From positions 6,655 to 70,654 of the forward strand of contig JACOXN010000004.1 in assembly GCA_016176295.1 (NCBI GenBank): a DNA stretch of 64,000 nt. The letters run 5' to 3'. Made by a program: the position numbers and the translations under genes. Of this stretch, positions 28,473 to 37,995 are shown one piece after another (within the stretch, counting starts at the first letter, position 1; each line of letters starts with the position of its first letter). This stretch comes from Candidatus Giovannonibacteria bacterium. GTDB lineage: Bacteria; Patescibacteriota; Minisyncoccia; UBA11713; 2-01-FULL-45-33. The notes beneath the pieces are model-generated. The model was not told the DNA's origin and did not search any database. It was given only the letters and a program-made list of their open reading frames with translations.

Positions 28473-30145
28473 GTTTGCAACCGGTTAGAACTCCTGAAAC
28501 GGATCCATGACCAATAAAAAAGCGCGGCATAAATAAAAAGAAGAAGGGATATGGGTAAAAAGCCGAACTTAATCATGCTGAATGAAAGACCCCCGAAAAA
28601 ATTAACCAGATATATCTGATAAGCAATCAGTATATACGCCGCGCCCGCAATTATTTTACCCAACCCGAGCGAGAAAAAAGAGAAAATACCCCCCAAAAAA
28701 CCAAAAAGCATTACCAAAGGCACGACACTGGCGATGAGTATATTCGCCAGGGGAGAAAGCCAAGAAATTTCCCCGCCCCAGGAAAGGAGAAGCGGCAAAA
28801 CGAATATCTGCGCCGCGAATGACGCGGCGGCGTTTTCCCTTAGCCCCAAAGTTTTTGGAATGAAAGAGAATATTTTTTGGAAAAAAGAAGAAGCGATAAT
28901 AAGCCCCAAAGTCGCCAGGAACGAAAGCTGGAAACCCCGGTCAAACCGCATGAGGAGCGGATTCCAAAGAACCATGAACATTGCGGCCCACATGAGCGCG
29001 AGAAGCGCGGTGTTTTTTCTGCCTGCGCGAAAAGCCAAAAGGCCGATAACAGCCATGAGGGCGGACCGCACCGCCGCGGCCTCGGCTCCCGACATCAATG
29101 TAAAAGCCGATATCGCGGCCACGGCCAAAAGCCAGGCAACGCTTTCCGGAAATATCATGCCGAAAAGCGCCATGGTGAAAATACCCACGATGGTTATGTT
29201 GTAGCCGGAAAGAACAAGTATGTGAATAGTTCCGCTTTTCCGGAAATTATCTACGAGCCCTTTTTCCAAAAAACCCTGATTTCCCAAAAGCATGCCGTCG
29301 GCCAAAGAGGCATGCGGTTCCGGCAAAATCAGGCGCAATTTTTTCTCAAAACCGTCTTTGACCATGAAAAGAAAACTGAAAAATTTGATTTTTAGAGAAG
29401 AAAACCTTGCAGTTGAATTTTCAGATGCGAGATTTTCTTTTTTCTCGATTTCCGGAAAGATCATTTCTGAATAAACTAAGTCTTTTGCGAGAAGTTTTTT
29501 ATTGTCTATAGCGCCGAAAACCTCGGGCTCTTCGATTTTGCCCGATATTTTGAGGGTGTCCCCGTATTTATACTGTGGATAGACCGCTTTCACCACCCGG
29601 AGCTTCCCCAGACCGGTTTCCACTATCAGTTGCTCGCTGTTCGGTTTGGGGATGCTTTTTAAAACTGCTCCGTCCAAAACCATTTCTTCTCCATAATGGA
29701 GATGAAGAAAATCATCTTGGATATTGTTTTCGTAAAGATCGAAGCGAAGAATGCCCAGGAAAAAAAGAAACACGACAAGCGACATTTTTTTTAGAAAAAA
29801 TTTTCCTGAAAATTCATTGCCCGCAACTTCCGTTTCGCTCGGTCTTAACCCTCCCTCGCCAGCTCGGGGGGCTCCGACCTGCCTACCGGCAGGCAGGCGC
29901 GCCTCGCACTCCGAAAGTTGCGGGCAATTTGTTAAATTTCCAGGAGAAATCGACGGTTGAGACTTGGCTCTTTCCAGAATAAATGAAAATAACAAAATAC
30001 CGCCGGTTAGTCCGATGCCAAGGTAAACCCATTCACTCGGAATGTTGAAAAAAGACCGGGAAAATACTCCGGCGAGAAAAGATATCAGAAATAATGCGAT
30101 GCGCGCCACGGGCGAATCGTAGCAAAGTCCTTCATTTAATTCCAC
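28469..30145 (-). CDS. comEC: DNA internalisation-related competence protein ComEC/Rec2 (membrane + competence domains)
   Basis: 558 aa, N-terminal DUF4131-like region and a polytopic competence domain. Contains a low-complexity in-frame insert ARLPAGRQVGAPRAGEGG encoded over the 20-nt repeat. Confidence 0.75.
   Translation of the reverse strand: MELNEGLCYDSPVARIALFLISFLAGVFSRSFFNIPSEWVYLGIGLTGGILLFSFILERAKSQPSISPGNLTNCPQLSECEARLPAGRQVGAPRAGEGGLRPSETEVAGNEFSGKFFLKKMSLVVFLFFLGILRFDLYENNIQDDFLHLHYGEEMVLDGAVLKSIPKPNSEQLIVETGLGKLRVVKAVYPQYKYGDTLKISGKIEEPEVFGAIDNKKLLAKDLVYSEMIFPEIEKKENLASENSTARFSSLKIKFFSFLFMVKDGFEKKLRLILPEPHASLADGMLLGNQGFLEKGLVDNFRKSGTIHILVLSGYNITIVGIFTMALFGMIFPESVAWLLAVAAISAFTLMSGAEAAAVRSALMAVIGLLAFRAGRKNTALLALMWAAMFMVLWNPLLMRFDRGFQLSFLATLGLIIASSFFQKIFSFIPKTLGLRENAAASFAAQIFVLPLLLSWGGEISWLSPLANILIASVVPLVMLFGFLGGIFSFFSLGLGKIIAGAAYILIAYQIYLVNFFGGLSFSMIKFGFLPISLLLFIYAALFYWSWIRFRSSNRLQT
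29878..29897. repeat. 20-nt near-palindrome CCTGCCTACCGGCAGGCAGG, second exact copy at 11010-11029
   Basis: Exact 20-mer occurs twice in the window: once ~40 bp upstream of the IS30 transposase gene and once in-frame inside comEC. Confidence 0.5.
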
Positions 30146-30155
30146 TGCCGCCTAT

Positions 30156-31154
30156 TCAGGCGTGTTCATTTAAATATTTAAGAAGATCGGGCAGAGCCTT
30201 CCGAGCCTGCTCTTCGGAACCGAAGGGCGCAGAGCCGACGTACGCATGCCCTCCGCCTCCGTAATTTTTTTCGAGGAACCAGCCGATCTCCGCCGGTTTT
30301 TTCGGGCTGTTCCACGGATTCACGCCGACAGCCAAGATAAAATTTTTCCCGTGGCGGACGAGCCTGACCGAGTAATTGGCTTTGGTATAAAAATAGTACG
30401 GCGCGAAGCGGATGCCTATCAATTTTCTTTCCAAATTTTCAATGAAAATAGTATTACCTCTGATTTCCAGTTTTTCTTTCATCTTCTGCAGAGATTCATC
30501 GAACTTTTTTTTGCATGTTAGAAAACCTTTTTTAACCCAGGGCAGGTCCACGGCATCCGCCAGCGATTTTTTGCTCAATGTATTGATAAGCTGTTTTTGC
30601 CGGCTGCGGGATATATTGTTTTCATTATCGAGAAAAAAGCCGATCTTTAAAGCCGGATATTTTAATTCAAGCAGATCCTTTACGGAAATTTGCTTCGGGT
30701 TGACGCGGTCCAGAATATCGCTCCACTTGGTCATTTCCCGAAGCCGAGCCGGTATCTTGGACCTTGCGGCCCCCGAAAGCGAGCTTAAGATAAGCCCCGC
30801 GCATGACGGCCTTGCCGGGTCGAACACATGCAGCTTTGCATCATCCAAATTTTTTCCGGCGGGTTTATATGAACCGGCCCATTCGCTGTCGATGAACGTA
30901 GTATCGTGATGGTCGAACCAGATCTTCGCCCCGGGATGATAAAGAATATCCACGATGGCAGATGTTTTTTTTAATTTCTCGCCTTTCCACCAGTTCTTAT
31001 CAACGGGGTGCTGGAGTGGAATGTAACGGGCGAAATCATCTCCCCGCAAATTTAAAAAATATTTAAGAACAGCCGCCGATACGGTCCCATCCAAGCAATT
31101 TTCATGATAATAAATGTCGTATTTCATATTAAGTAGCCGATCTGCCGCAGCCAA
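30156..31154 (-). CDS. DHH-DHHA1 family phosphoesterase (NrnA/RecJ-like)
   Basis: HENCLDGTVSAAVL (motif I), WFDHHDT (DHH), NYGGGGHAYVG (DHHA1 GGGH). Confidence 0.7.
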   Translation of the reverse strand: MAAADRLLNMKYDIYYHENCLDGTVSAAVLKYFLNLRGDDFARYIPLQHPVDKNWWKGEKLKKTSAIVDILYHPGAKIWFDHHDTTFIDSEWAGSYKPAGKNLDDAKLHVFDPARPSCAGLILSSLSGAARSKIPARLREMTKWSDILDRVNPKQISVKDLLELKYPALKIGFFLDNENNISRSRQKQLINTLSKKSLADAVDLPWVKKGFLTCKKKFDESLQKMKEKLEIRGNTIFIENLERKLIGIRFAPYYFYTKANYSVRLVRHGKNFILAVGVNPWNSPKKPAEIGWFLEKNYGGGGHAYVGSAPFGSEEQARKALPDLLKYLNEHA

Positions 31155-31936
31155 TAATCATTTTCCCATTCCCAGAGAGTTTTTGCCGCGAGAAAAGCCT
31201 TAATGTCGCGGTACGGGTAAGGAAACTCTCGAAGCTCAACCACGCCTTTCGTCGGGCCCCAGAAGTGGTCCCCGTGCGCCGACCCGCAATTTTTGGCCGG
31301 AGCCGCATTCCTTCCCTGCCAGGCCGTCCTCACCTTATTGCGGCCGCCTTTTTCCCGCAGAGTGGAGCCGCACCGCATACAATTTTTAACCTGGTCTACC
31401 CTCAAGATCCAGCGAGTCTGGATATCTTTGGGAAGAGCAAGAGAGTTTTTTACTTCGCGCTCCTGCAAAGCCAGAACGTAAGCCGCCGTCTGCAGATTGT
31501 AGTCGGAATAAAACCCCGTAGAGGTCTTGATATCCAGCACGCCGAACTTTCCGTCTATTGAAGCGAGAGCGTCCACCGTGCCGGAATATTTGTGGATACC
31601 TGACCAAATAGAGCGCTCCACGAATTCAGGATGAAAAAAAATATTCCTAGTTTTGTTAAATTCCTCGAAAGCCTCCACCACGGGCCGCATTTCTTCAGTA
31701 ACCATGTAGGGCTCCCCCACGGCGGTCTTCTGGATAGCTTCGTGGACTCTTGTCCCTTCTTCCGCCGAGCGCATTTTGACCTCTTCCGCGGCGGCGTAGG
31801 ACTCCATCTCTTTCATAAACATATCAATGGCCGGTTTTGATTTTATGGACAAAATTTTCGTGACACGCGGAAACCACTGGCCATTTACATTGTGCCCCGA
31901 TTCTTTCATAAATTGTTCAGCGTCCCTGTACCACAT
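31124..31936 (-). CDS. PD-(D/E)XK (RecB/Cas4-like) nuclease-fold protein with C-terminal Cys cluster
   Basis: GTVDALASIDGKFGVLDIKTS ... QTAAYVLAL ... CMRCGS ... NCGSAH. Confidence 0.5.
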   Translation of the reverse strand: MWYRDAEQFMKESGHNVNGQWFPRVTKILSIKSKPAIDMFMKEMESYAAAEEVKMRSAEEGTRVHEAIQKTAVGEPYMVTEEMRPVVEAFEEFNKTRNIFFHPEFVERSIWSGIHKYSGTVDALASIDGKFGVLDIKTSTGFYSDYNLQTAAYVLALQEREVKNSLALPKDIQTRWILRVDQVKNCMRCGSTLREKGGRNKVRTAWQGRNAAPAKNCGSAHGDHFWGPTKGVVELREFPYPYRDIKAFLAAKTLWEWENDYWLRQIGYLI

Positions 31937-32003
31937 GAAGAATATATTAGCTTAAAAATCTTCTATACACAAATAAAAAAGCGGCGATTATGCCGCTTGT
32001 GTT

Positions 32004-33011
32004 TCATGCGCCTGAATTATTTGACCGGATGCGTCTTTGTTCTTTCATGAGTTTGTTCTCGGCAATCGCCAAAGTCCAATAAAGTTTTGACTCTTCCGGC
32101 GAGAGCCTTTTTTCTTCCAAAAACAGTAAGGCGTCATCGACCCCGTAACAATTAAAAATATTCTCTGTGTCGAGCAACACGGAAATTTCATTTGGGAACA
32201 GATGACGCTCATGGCAAGCAGGGAAATTACCGACAAAAAACTTTTTTTTCTCCGCCTGGGCAGCGTGGATGACATAGTGCGGATATGGCGCTTCAGAACT
32301 GGCGAACTGCTCAGCACTAACGGCATATCGCCAGTGTGACGCTTCGGACCTGTTCACGAAGAACCTAAAGCCTTTTTGATATAAATCACTCAACTTATGC
32401 ATATCTCCATGGGTAAACCCAAAAACAGTTTCGTCCTCGGGTCTAAAAAGACTTACATGGGTTGCCCCAACTTCTGGCGCTCCTGAAACCTGAAATCTAT
32501 ATTTTTCGTCCGAATATTTGACCACAAAGAGCCCGGTTCCGGTATACGCATAGTCCGTTTTGGAACAATCCGCCAACCCGACATATTCGGTATTTCGGTC
32601 ATCGTCCAGTTTACGCAAAAGACCTTTGGTTTGGGTGTATTTTGAAGCCAGTATTGAAGTGGTTGTATTGAACAGTAAGATTTTTACTCCCAGCATTCCG
32701 GACAGTATATCGCGTTGCGCCATTATGCGGTGGATCACTTTTTCCTGGTTTTCAGAAAGCTCATTTACTGGAATATTGCGAGCCCCCGAATGGCCGCCTC
32801 TGCGACGAAGCGTATACCCCCAACTACCCGGCGCAAAAACTTCAAGCTCGACATCTCTTTTGTTGTTATCTCCGCCGTCCTCGAGCCTGTGGCCAAAAAT
32901 ATGACCATTGGAAGCAATAGTAAACACTAAAGTTCCTTTTTCCGTTTGTAGATATGGAATATTCTCCACTTCCACAACGGCTTTTGCCTGTAAAACTCCT
33001 GTAAACTCCAT
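32004..33011 (-). CDS. hypothetical protein, 335 aa, no recognisable family
   Basis: Long ORF with normal composition, co-directional with the nuclease/DHH/comEC block. No motif I can name. Confidence 0.5.
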   Translation of the reverse strand: MEFTGVLQAKAVVEVENIPYLQTEKGTLVFTIASNGHIFGHRLEDGGDNNKRDVELEVFAPGSWGYTLRRRGGHSGARNIPVNELSENQEKVIHRIMAQRDILSGMLGVKILLFNTTTSILASKYTQTKGLLRKLDDDRNTEYVGLADCSKTDYAYTGTGLFVVKYSDEKYRFQVSGAPEVGATHVSLFRPEDETVFGFTHGDMHKLSDLYQKGFRFFVNRSEASHWRYAVSAEQFASSEAPYPHYVIHAAQAEKKKFFVGNFPACHERHLFPNEISVLLDTENIFNCYGVDDALLFLEEKRLSPEESKLYWTLAIAENKLMKEQRRIRSNNSGA

Positions 33012-33313
33012 AAAACACCTCTTTCTACAGTAAGGTGGTTACTGTCGGTTGAGAGCCTGCGGTTACCCGCAAACTAACATATTCCTTTGCTTCTACAGAG
33101 AAAGGATTTATCTGTCAAACCCGCCCAAGATCACTGCACACAACTTTCTCGAAACGGGGTACTGCACATAAATTAGTAACAAAATAACATTGATTAGTCA
33201 ACGCCTTCACCTCACCCCTCGCTGAAGCGAGACCCTCTCCTTTGCAAGGAGAGGTTAGATTGTGTTGATATGTTCCCTTCTCCTTACGAAGGAGAAGAGA
33301 TAGGGAAGAGGTT

Positions 33314-34417
33314 TTATTTTCTTTTCCTCAACGCTTCGATGCCGGGAAGAGTGCCTTTGGCCAAAAATTCCAGCATCGCGCCCCCGCCCGTGGAAATAAA
33401 ATCAAAGTTTTTTTCGAGCCCAAGCCGGAAGAGCGCGGCCACGGTATCGCCGCCGCCGGCAATGCGATACGCGCGCGAGTTTCCCAGGGCTTTTGCGAAT
33501 TCTTTCGTACCAAAGTCAAAACCGCCCTCGCAGAAACCCAGCGTGCCGTTCCAGAGAATAAATTTAGCGGAAAGTGCTTTTTCGGCAAGTTTCTTTAGGG
33601 TTTCCGGCCCGGCGTCATATATCAGGTCGCCGTTCTTTACATACTCGAGCCGCGAAGAAAATTTATCTTTACCCCTCAAAACATAGACATCCATAGGAAG
33701 CAATGTTTTTTTATTGTTCAGGATGTTTTCAGGTATCTTAACGTTCTCGGTTTCGGAATTGCCCACGTAAAAACCCCTCTGCTTCAAAAAGGTGTTGGCC
33801 AAAGCCCCCCCCACAAAAACCGTATCGGCTTTTTTTAAAAATTTAACTATCAGCGGCTCTTTGGTCTCAAATTTTTTCCCGGCCAGAACAAAAAGGAAAG
33901 GCTTTGCGGGGCGGAACGATTTGGAAAGGTTCTTCACTTCCTTTTCCATCACAGGCCCCATGAAAGAAGGGAGAAATTTGGTAATGCCGACAATCGAAGC
34001 ATGGCTTCTGTGCGCGGCGGAAAAAGCGTCATTTACAAATACATCCCCCCATTCCGACAACTTTTTCGCAAAGCCCGAATCATTCTTCTCTTCCCCCTCG
34101 TTCAGCCTTATATTGTCGAATAAAATTATTTTTTCCTTATGCGAAAGTGACGGGCTGGCAAGCTCGCCTTTCAAAAATTTTACTTTTATTCCCAGCTCTT
34201 TTGTCAGTTTTTTATGCAAAACATCGAGATGGGGTACTTCGTCATCCTTTTGCAGATGCGATATCAAAAATATTTGAGCACGCGCTTTTAAAAGCGACTT
34301 TATAGTCGGAATATGCGCCCGCACGCGAAAATCATCGGCAATCTTTCCGTTCTTTAAGGGCACATTGAAATCAACTCTCAAGAGCACCCTCTTTCCTTTG
34401 AATCTGCGAAAGTCCAT
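33314..34417 (-). CDS. pgk: phosphoglycerate kinase
   Basis: RVDFNVP, NDAFSAAHR, GGGDT, STGGGAMLEFL. Confidence 0.9.
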   Translation of the reverse strand: MDFRRFKGKRVLLRVDFNVPLKNGKIADDFRVRAHIPTIKSLLKARAQIFLISHLQKDDEVPHLDVLHKKLTKELGIKVKFLKGELASPSLSHKEKIILFDNIRLNEGEEKNDSGFAKKLSEWGDVFVNDAFSAAHRSHASIVGITKFLPSFMGPVMEKEVKNLSKSFRPAKPFLFVLAGKKFETKEPLIVKFLKKADTVFVGGALANTFLKQRGFYVGNSETENVKIPENILNNKKTLLPMDVYVLRGKDKFSSRLEYVKNGDLIYDAGPETLKKLAEKALSAKFILWNGTLGFCEGGFDFGTKEFAKALGNSRAYRIAGGGDTVAALFRLGLEKNFDFISTGGGAMLEFLAKGTLPGIEALRKRK

Positions 34418-34418
34418 T

Positions 34419-35168
34419 TTATATATCGTTCACTTTTTTGATAATAGAGGCGAATTTAACCGTGTTCAGGCTTGCTCCGCCGACCAAAAGGCCGTCCACG
34501 CGTCCGTGGCTGACAAAATCAGCCGCGTTTTTTTCGTCCACCGATCCGCCGTAAAGGACCGGAATTTGCGATGATATTTTTTTCCCGAACATGCCGAAGA
34601 GTTCCCTCCTGATGAGCGTGGACATTTCAAATACGTTTTGCGGGCTCTCCGGTTTGCCTGTGCCTACTGCCCAGACAGGCTCATAAGCGATGACTACTTT
34701 CCCCAGCAATTTCCTGGAAATCCCTTTCAACGCCGAGCCAAGTTCCTCTCTCACGGAAGGAGGAAAAGCTACTTCTTTTGCGCGATCCTTTTCGCCGACG
34801 CAAAGCACCGCGCAAAGCCCCTCGGACAAAACGGATTTAAACTTTTTTCGAACTATTTCATTGGTATCCCCCAGCGCGCGCCTTTCGGAATGCCCGACAA
34901 TGACGTATTTCACTCCTATGGATTTTAATTGGACCGCGGATATCTCGCCGGTGCTCTTCCCGGCACGCTCCCAAAAAGCATCCTGCGCGCCGAGCTTCGC
35001 TTTTTCGATGAGGCGGTTTACGGAATCTAAAAACACGAATGGCGGAGTCAGCACAACTTCCACGTTTCTTGCGGTCGAAGCGCTTTTATCCTCTTCTTTT
35101 GTTATACGCACAGCCTCGCGAAACGAACCAGGATTCATTTTCCAATTGGCGATAATCAGCTTTTTCAT
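34419..35168 (-). CDS. tpiA: triose-phosphate isomerase
   Basis: IIANWKMN, VGHSERR, YEPVWAVGTGK. Confidence 0.9.
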   Translation of the reverse strand: MKKLIIANWKMNPGSFREAVRITKEEDKSASTARNVEVVLTPPFVFLDSVNRLIEKAKLGAQDAFWERAGKSTGEISAVQLKSIGVKYVIVGHSERRALGDTNEIVRKKFKSVLSEGLCAVLCVGEKDRAKEVAFPPSVREELGSALKGISRKLLGKVVIAYEPVWAVGTGKPESPQNVFEMSTLIRRELFGMFGKKISSQIPVLYGGSVDEKNAADFVSHGRVDGLLVGGASLNTVKFASIIKKVNDI

Positions 35169-35228
35169 GTGATTATTTTAGCACAAACAAAAAAGCCGAT
35201 GAAGCGGTATAGCTCCATCGGCTTTTTC

Positions 35229-36377
35229 TTATTGAACAGCTGCGAAAGCATTCATTAATCCCCAGCCGTAGAGGCTGTCGAACCCAGCGTCTCCCAAATC
35301 AAGAGCAGTTGATTGAATTTTAGTTTTCACTTCTTCCGGATCCCATTTGCCGTTCGCGTTGGCATCATTTACCCCCACGAGAGAACTCAAAACCAAAGCA
35401 ACAGAGCCTGTGACATGCGGGGTCGCCATGGACGTACCGGACAATGTCGCATAACCTGTTCCTTTGTAAGTGGAATAAATTCCGACACCGGGAGCGGCAA
35501 TATCTACTTCGGGCCCGCGGGAAGACCAGCCGGCCAAAATATTATTTTGGTCGGTTGCCGAAACCGCGATTACTTCCGGATAAGCGGCCGGATAAATTAC
35601 CGAACCGCCGGAGTTTCCGGCCGCAGCCACTATCACGACGCCGGCATTATACGCGTTCGTCACGGCGGTATGCATAGCCGAAATATCCGATGTTGAACCC
35701 AAACTTAGGTTTATGACATTCATCCCGTTGGTTCTCGCCCAATCAATGCCTTCAATTACGTCCGAAATATATCCGGAACCGTTCGCATTCAGAACTTTTA
35801 TAGCGTAAAGGTCCGCGAAGGGAGCGGCTCCCACCACTCCGTAAGCGTCATTTATCGCGGCAATGATCCCCGCGACATGCGAACCGTGGCCGTTGTCGTC
35901 ATTCCAGCTTTTTTTACGATTGATGGCGTTGTATCCTCCTTTGATATTGGCTTTAAGTTCCGGATGCGATGAAGAGATGCCCGTGTCTATAACTCCGACT
36001 TTGACCGTGTCGCCGGTGTTCCCCAGGGACCAGACATTTTCAGCGTCCACGCGGTCAATACCCCAAGGCAAAACCTGCAGAGCGGCAGCGCGCAACGCCT
36101 GCGTCGTAACTATGGCATCATCCTCAACGCTCAAAACTCCCGGTTCATTTTTTAAAGCCTCCGCGTCTTTCTTTGAAAGATTCGCGACCTTCCCGTTTAC
36201 AATATTTAGATCTTTAACTGAAACACCATTATGCATCCGCAATATTTTTTCAGATTGGGAATAATGGCCTTTATCAAAAACGACTATTTTTCTCTCGGAC
36301 TTGTCCGAAGCGACGGCCGTAAAAGCGGCCAAAGCCACTAAACTTGCGAGCACCACTGTCCATGTATTTTTTTTCAT
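35229..36377 (-). CDS. secreted subtilisin-like serine peptidase (S8) with N-terminal propeptide
   Basis: Signal peptide. VIDTGI (Asp), GHGSHVAGIIAA (His), GTSMATPHVTG (Ser). Confidence 0.8.
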   Translation of the reverse strand: MKKNTWTVVLASLVALAAFTAVASDKSERKIVVFDKGHYSQSEKILRMHNGVSVKDLNIVNGKVANLSKKDAEALKNEPGVLSVEDDAIVTTQALRAAALQVLPWGIDRVDAENVWSLGNTGDTVKVGVIDTGISSSHPELKANIKGGYNAINRKKSWNDDNGHGSHVAGIIAAINDAYGVVGAAPFADLYAIKVLNANGSGYISDVIEGIDWARTNGMNVINLSLGSTSDISAMHTAVTNAYNAGVVIVAAAGNSGGSVIYPAAYPEVIAVSATDQNNILAGWSSRGPEVDIAAPGVGIYSTYKGTGYATLSGTSMATPHVTGSVALVLSSLVGVNDANANGKWDPEEVKTKIQSTALDLGDAGFDSLYGWGLMNAFAAVQ

Positions 36378-36441
36378 ACTTACTTTTTTTATTTTATTAA
36401 TAATTATTTTTAAACCTTATTTCATTAAAATACAGTGAAAC

Positions 36442-37293
36442 CTATACCTTTGTCAATACCTCCGAACCATTTTTTGTTACCACCAGTGTGTGCTCGAAAT
36501 GCGCGGCAATTGAACCGTCGAAAGTAAGCCAAGTCCAACCGTCGGGGGCAAGCTTCACTCTGTAATGTCCCTGGGCGGCCATTGGCTCAATGGCTATCAC
36601 AAGACCCTCCTGAAGCTTAACACCGCTTCCGCGGTTCCCCCAATTCGGGATTTCAGGCTCTTCATGCACAGCTTTCCCTACACCATGACCCACAAGCTCC
36701 CGTACCACACCGAAACCTTCCTTTTCCAGATGACTCTGCACCGCAAAACCGATATCGCCGGTTTTAACTCCGGCTTTAACTTCGCGAATGCCGAGTTCGA
36801 GAGCTTTTTTGGTGGCAGCAACAAGTCTGAGAGCGGAATCTTTTGGATGAAAATTCTGGGTGGGGGCGGCCGCCGCGGAATTCAATTCAGACTTATTCCG
36901 CGGTGGGGCTAAAGAATTTTCAGACAAAAGATTCCATTCTCCAACAATCACGGTTTTAGCCGTATCCGTACAATATCCGTCGAACCACATGCCGATATCC
37001 AAACCAACAACGTCCCCTTTGCCTAAAATTCTTACGGAAGGAATACCGTGGACCACTTCGTCGTTCACTGAAACGCACAAAGAGGCGGGATATTTGGAAG
37101 AAGCCATATAAGCTTTGTATCCTTTGAAAGATGGCGTGCCGCCGGAGCGCAAGATAAGACACTCGGCCAGCTCGTCCAGTTCCATGGTTCTGACACCGGG
37201 CTTCACCGTCTTCACCACATCATTCAAAACGGCGGCCAGTTTTCTGCCGCCCTCCCGTAAAATATGGAGTTCTTTGTCGTTCTTTATTATCAC
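36442..37293 (-). CDS. map: type I methionyl aminopeptidase with internal insertion
   Basis: DIGMWFDGYCTDTAKT, HGVGK, HEEPEIP, EPM. Confidence 0.85.
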   Translation of the reverse strand: MIIKNDKELHILREGGRKLAAVLNDVVKTVKPGVRTMELDELAECLILRSGGTPSFKGYKAYMASSKYPASLCVSVNDEVVHGIPSVRILGKGDVVGLDIGMWFDGYCTDTAKTVIVGEWNLLSENSLAPPRNKSELNSAAAAPTQNFHPKDSALRLVAATKKALELGIREVKAGVKTGDIGFAVQSHLEKEGFGVVRELVGHGVGKAVHEEPEIPNWGNRGSGVKLQEGLVIAIEPMAAQGHYRVKLAPDGWTWLTFDGSIAAHFEHTLVVTKNGSEVLTKV

Positions 37294-37961
37294 AAACCCA
37301 AAGCTTTTATGATGTCTTTGTGGACATCTTCGATCGGCTGCTCTCCGTTGATTGTAACAATATTGTGCAGCCCCTCGATAAATTTAACAGCCGGCATTGT
37401 TTTATTGGCGTATTCATCGGTCCTCATTTGAAGCACTTCTTTATTGTCGAGATCCCGCGGCTCCAAAACACCGTCGCCCTCGGGGCAAGGGGTTCCGGGC
37501 ATAAAAGATTCGGAGCGCACATAAATATGTCTGCTGTCAAAATTGCAGGTGAGCCGTTTTTCGACTCTTTTTTTGAACTCGCCTTCGCTGATATCTATTA
37601 AAAATACGTAAATATTTTCTTTACCCAAAAATTTGACGACTTCGGGGAAAACAGCCTGGGCTTCGCACAACGTTCGCGGCGTGCCGTCGTATATAATACC
37701 TTTGGCTGTTTTGATGATTTCTCCGGTCTTTTCCAAAACCATGTGCGACGTCCATTCGGCTTCAAAAAGTTTTCCGGACTTGTAAAGCTCCACTTGCCGC
37801 TTCGTATCTGCGTCGTCGTGTGTTTTTATGTACTCCTTGCCTTCCCGGCTCGTGGTGAAATGATAAAAGCCGACCTTATCCGCCAAAAGCTTGGCCTGCG
37901 TTCCTTTGCCTGAAGCCGGCCGCCCAAAAAGAAAAATAGCGACTTTTTTATCCGTAGTCAT
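37290..37961 (-). CDS. adk: adenylate kinase
   Basis: GRPASGKGTQA P-loop, LID region with Cys. Confidence 0.85.
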   Translation of the reverse strand: MTTDKKVAIFLFGRPASGKGTQAKLLADKVGFYHFTTSREGKEYIKTHDDADTKRQVELYKSGKLFEAEWTSHMVLEKTGEIIKTAKGIIYDGTPRTLCEAQAVFPEVVKFLGKENIYVFLIDISEGEFKKRVEKRLTCNFDSRHIYVRSESFMPGTPCPEGDGVLEPRDLDNKEVLQMRTDEYANKTMPAVKFIEGLHNIVTINGEQPIEDVHKDIIKALGL

Positions 37962-37995
37962 ACTTTATTATACTCAGGCAGAAAAATTTTTCAAA

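Noticed and set aside
33270-34277. Plus-strand ORFs inside pgk (33270-33686, 33792-34277) and similar antisense ORFs in tpiA, pnp, tuf, secY and polX
   Set aside because: Antisense to high-confidence housekeeping genes.
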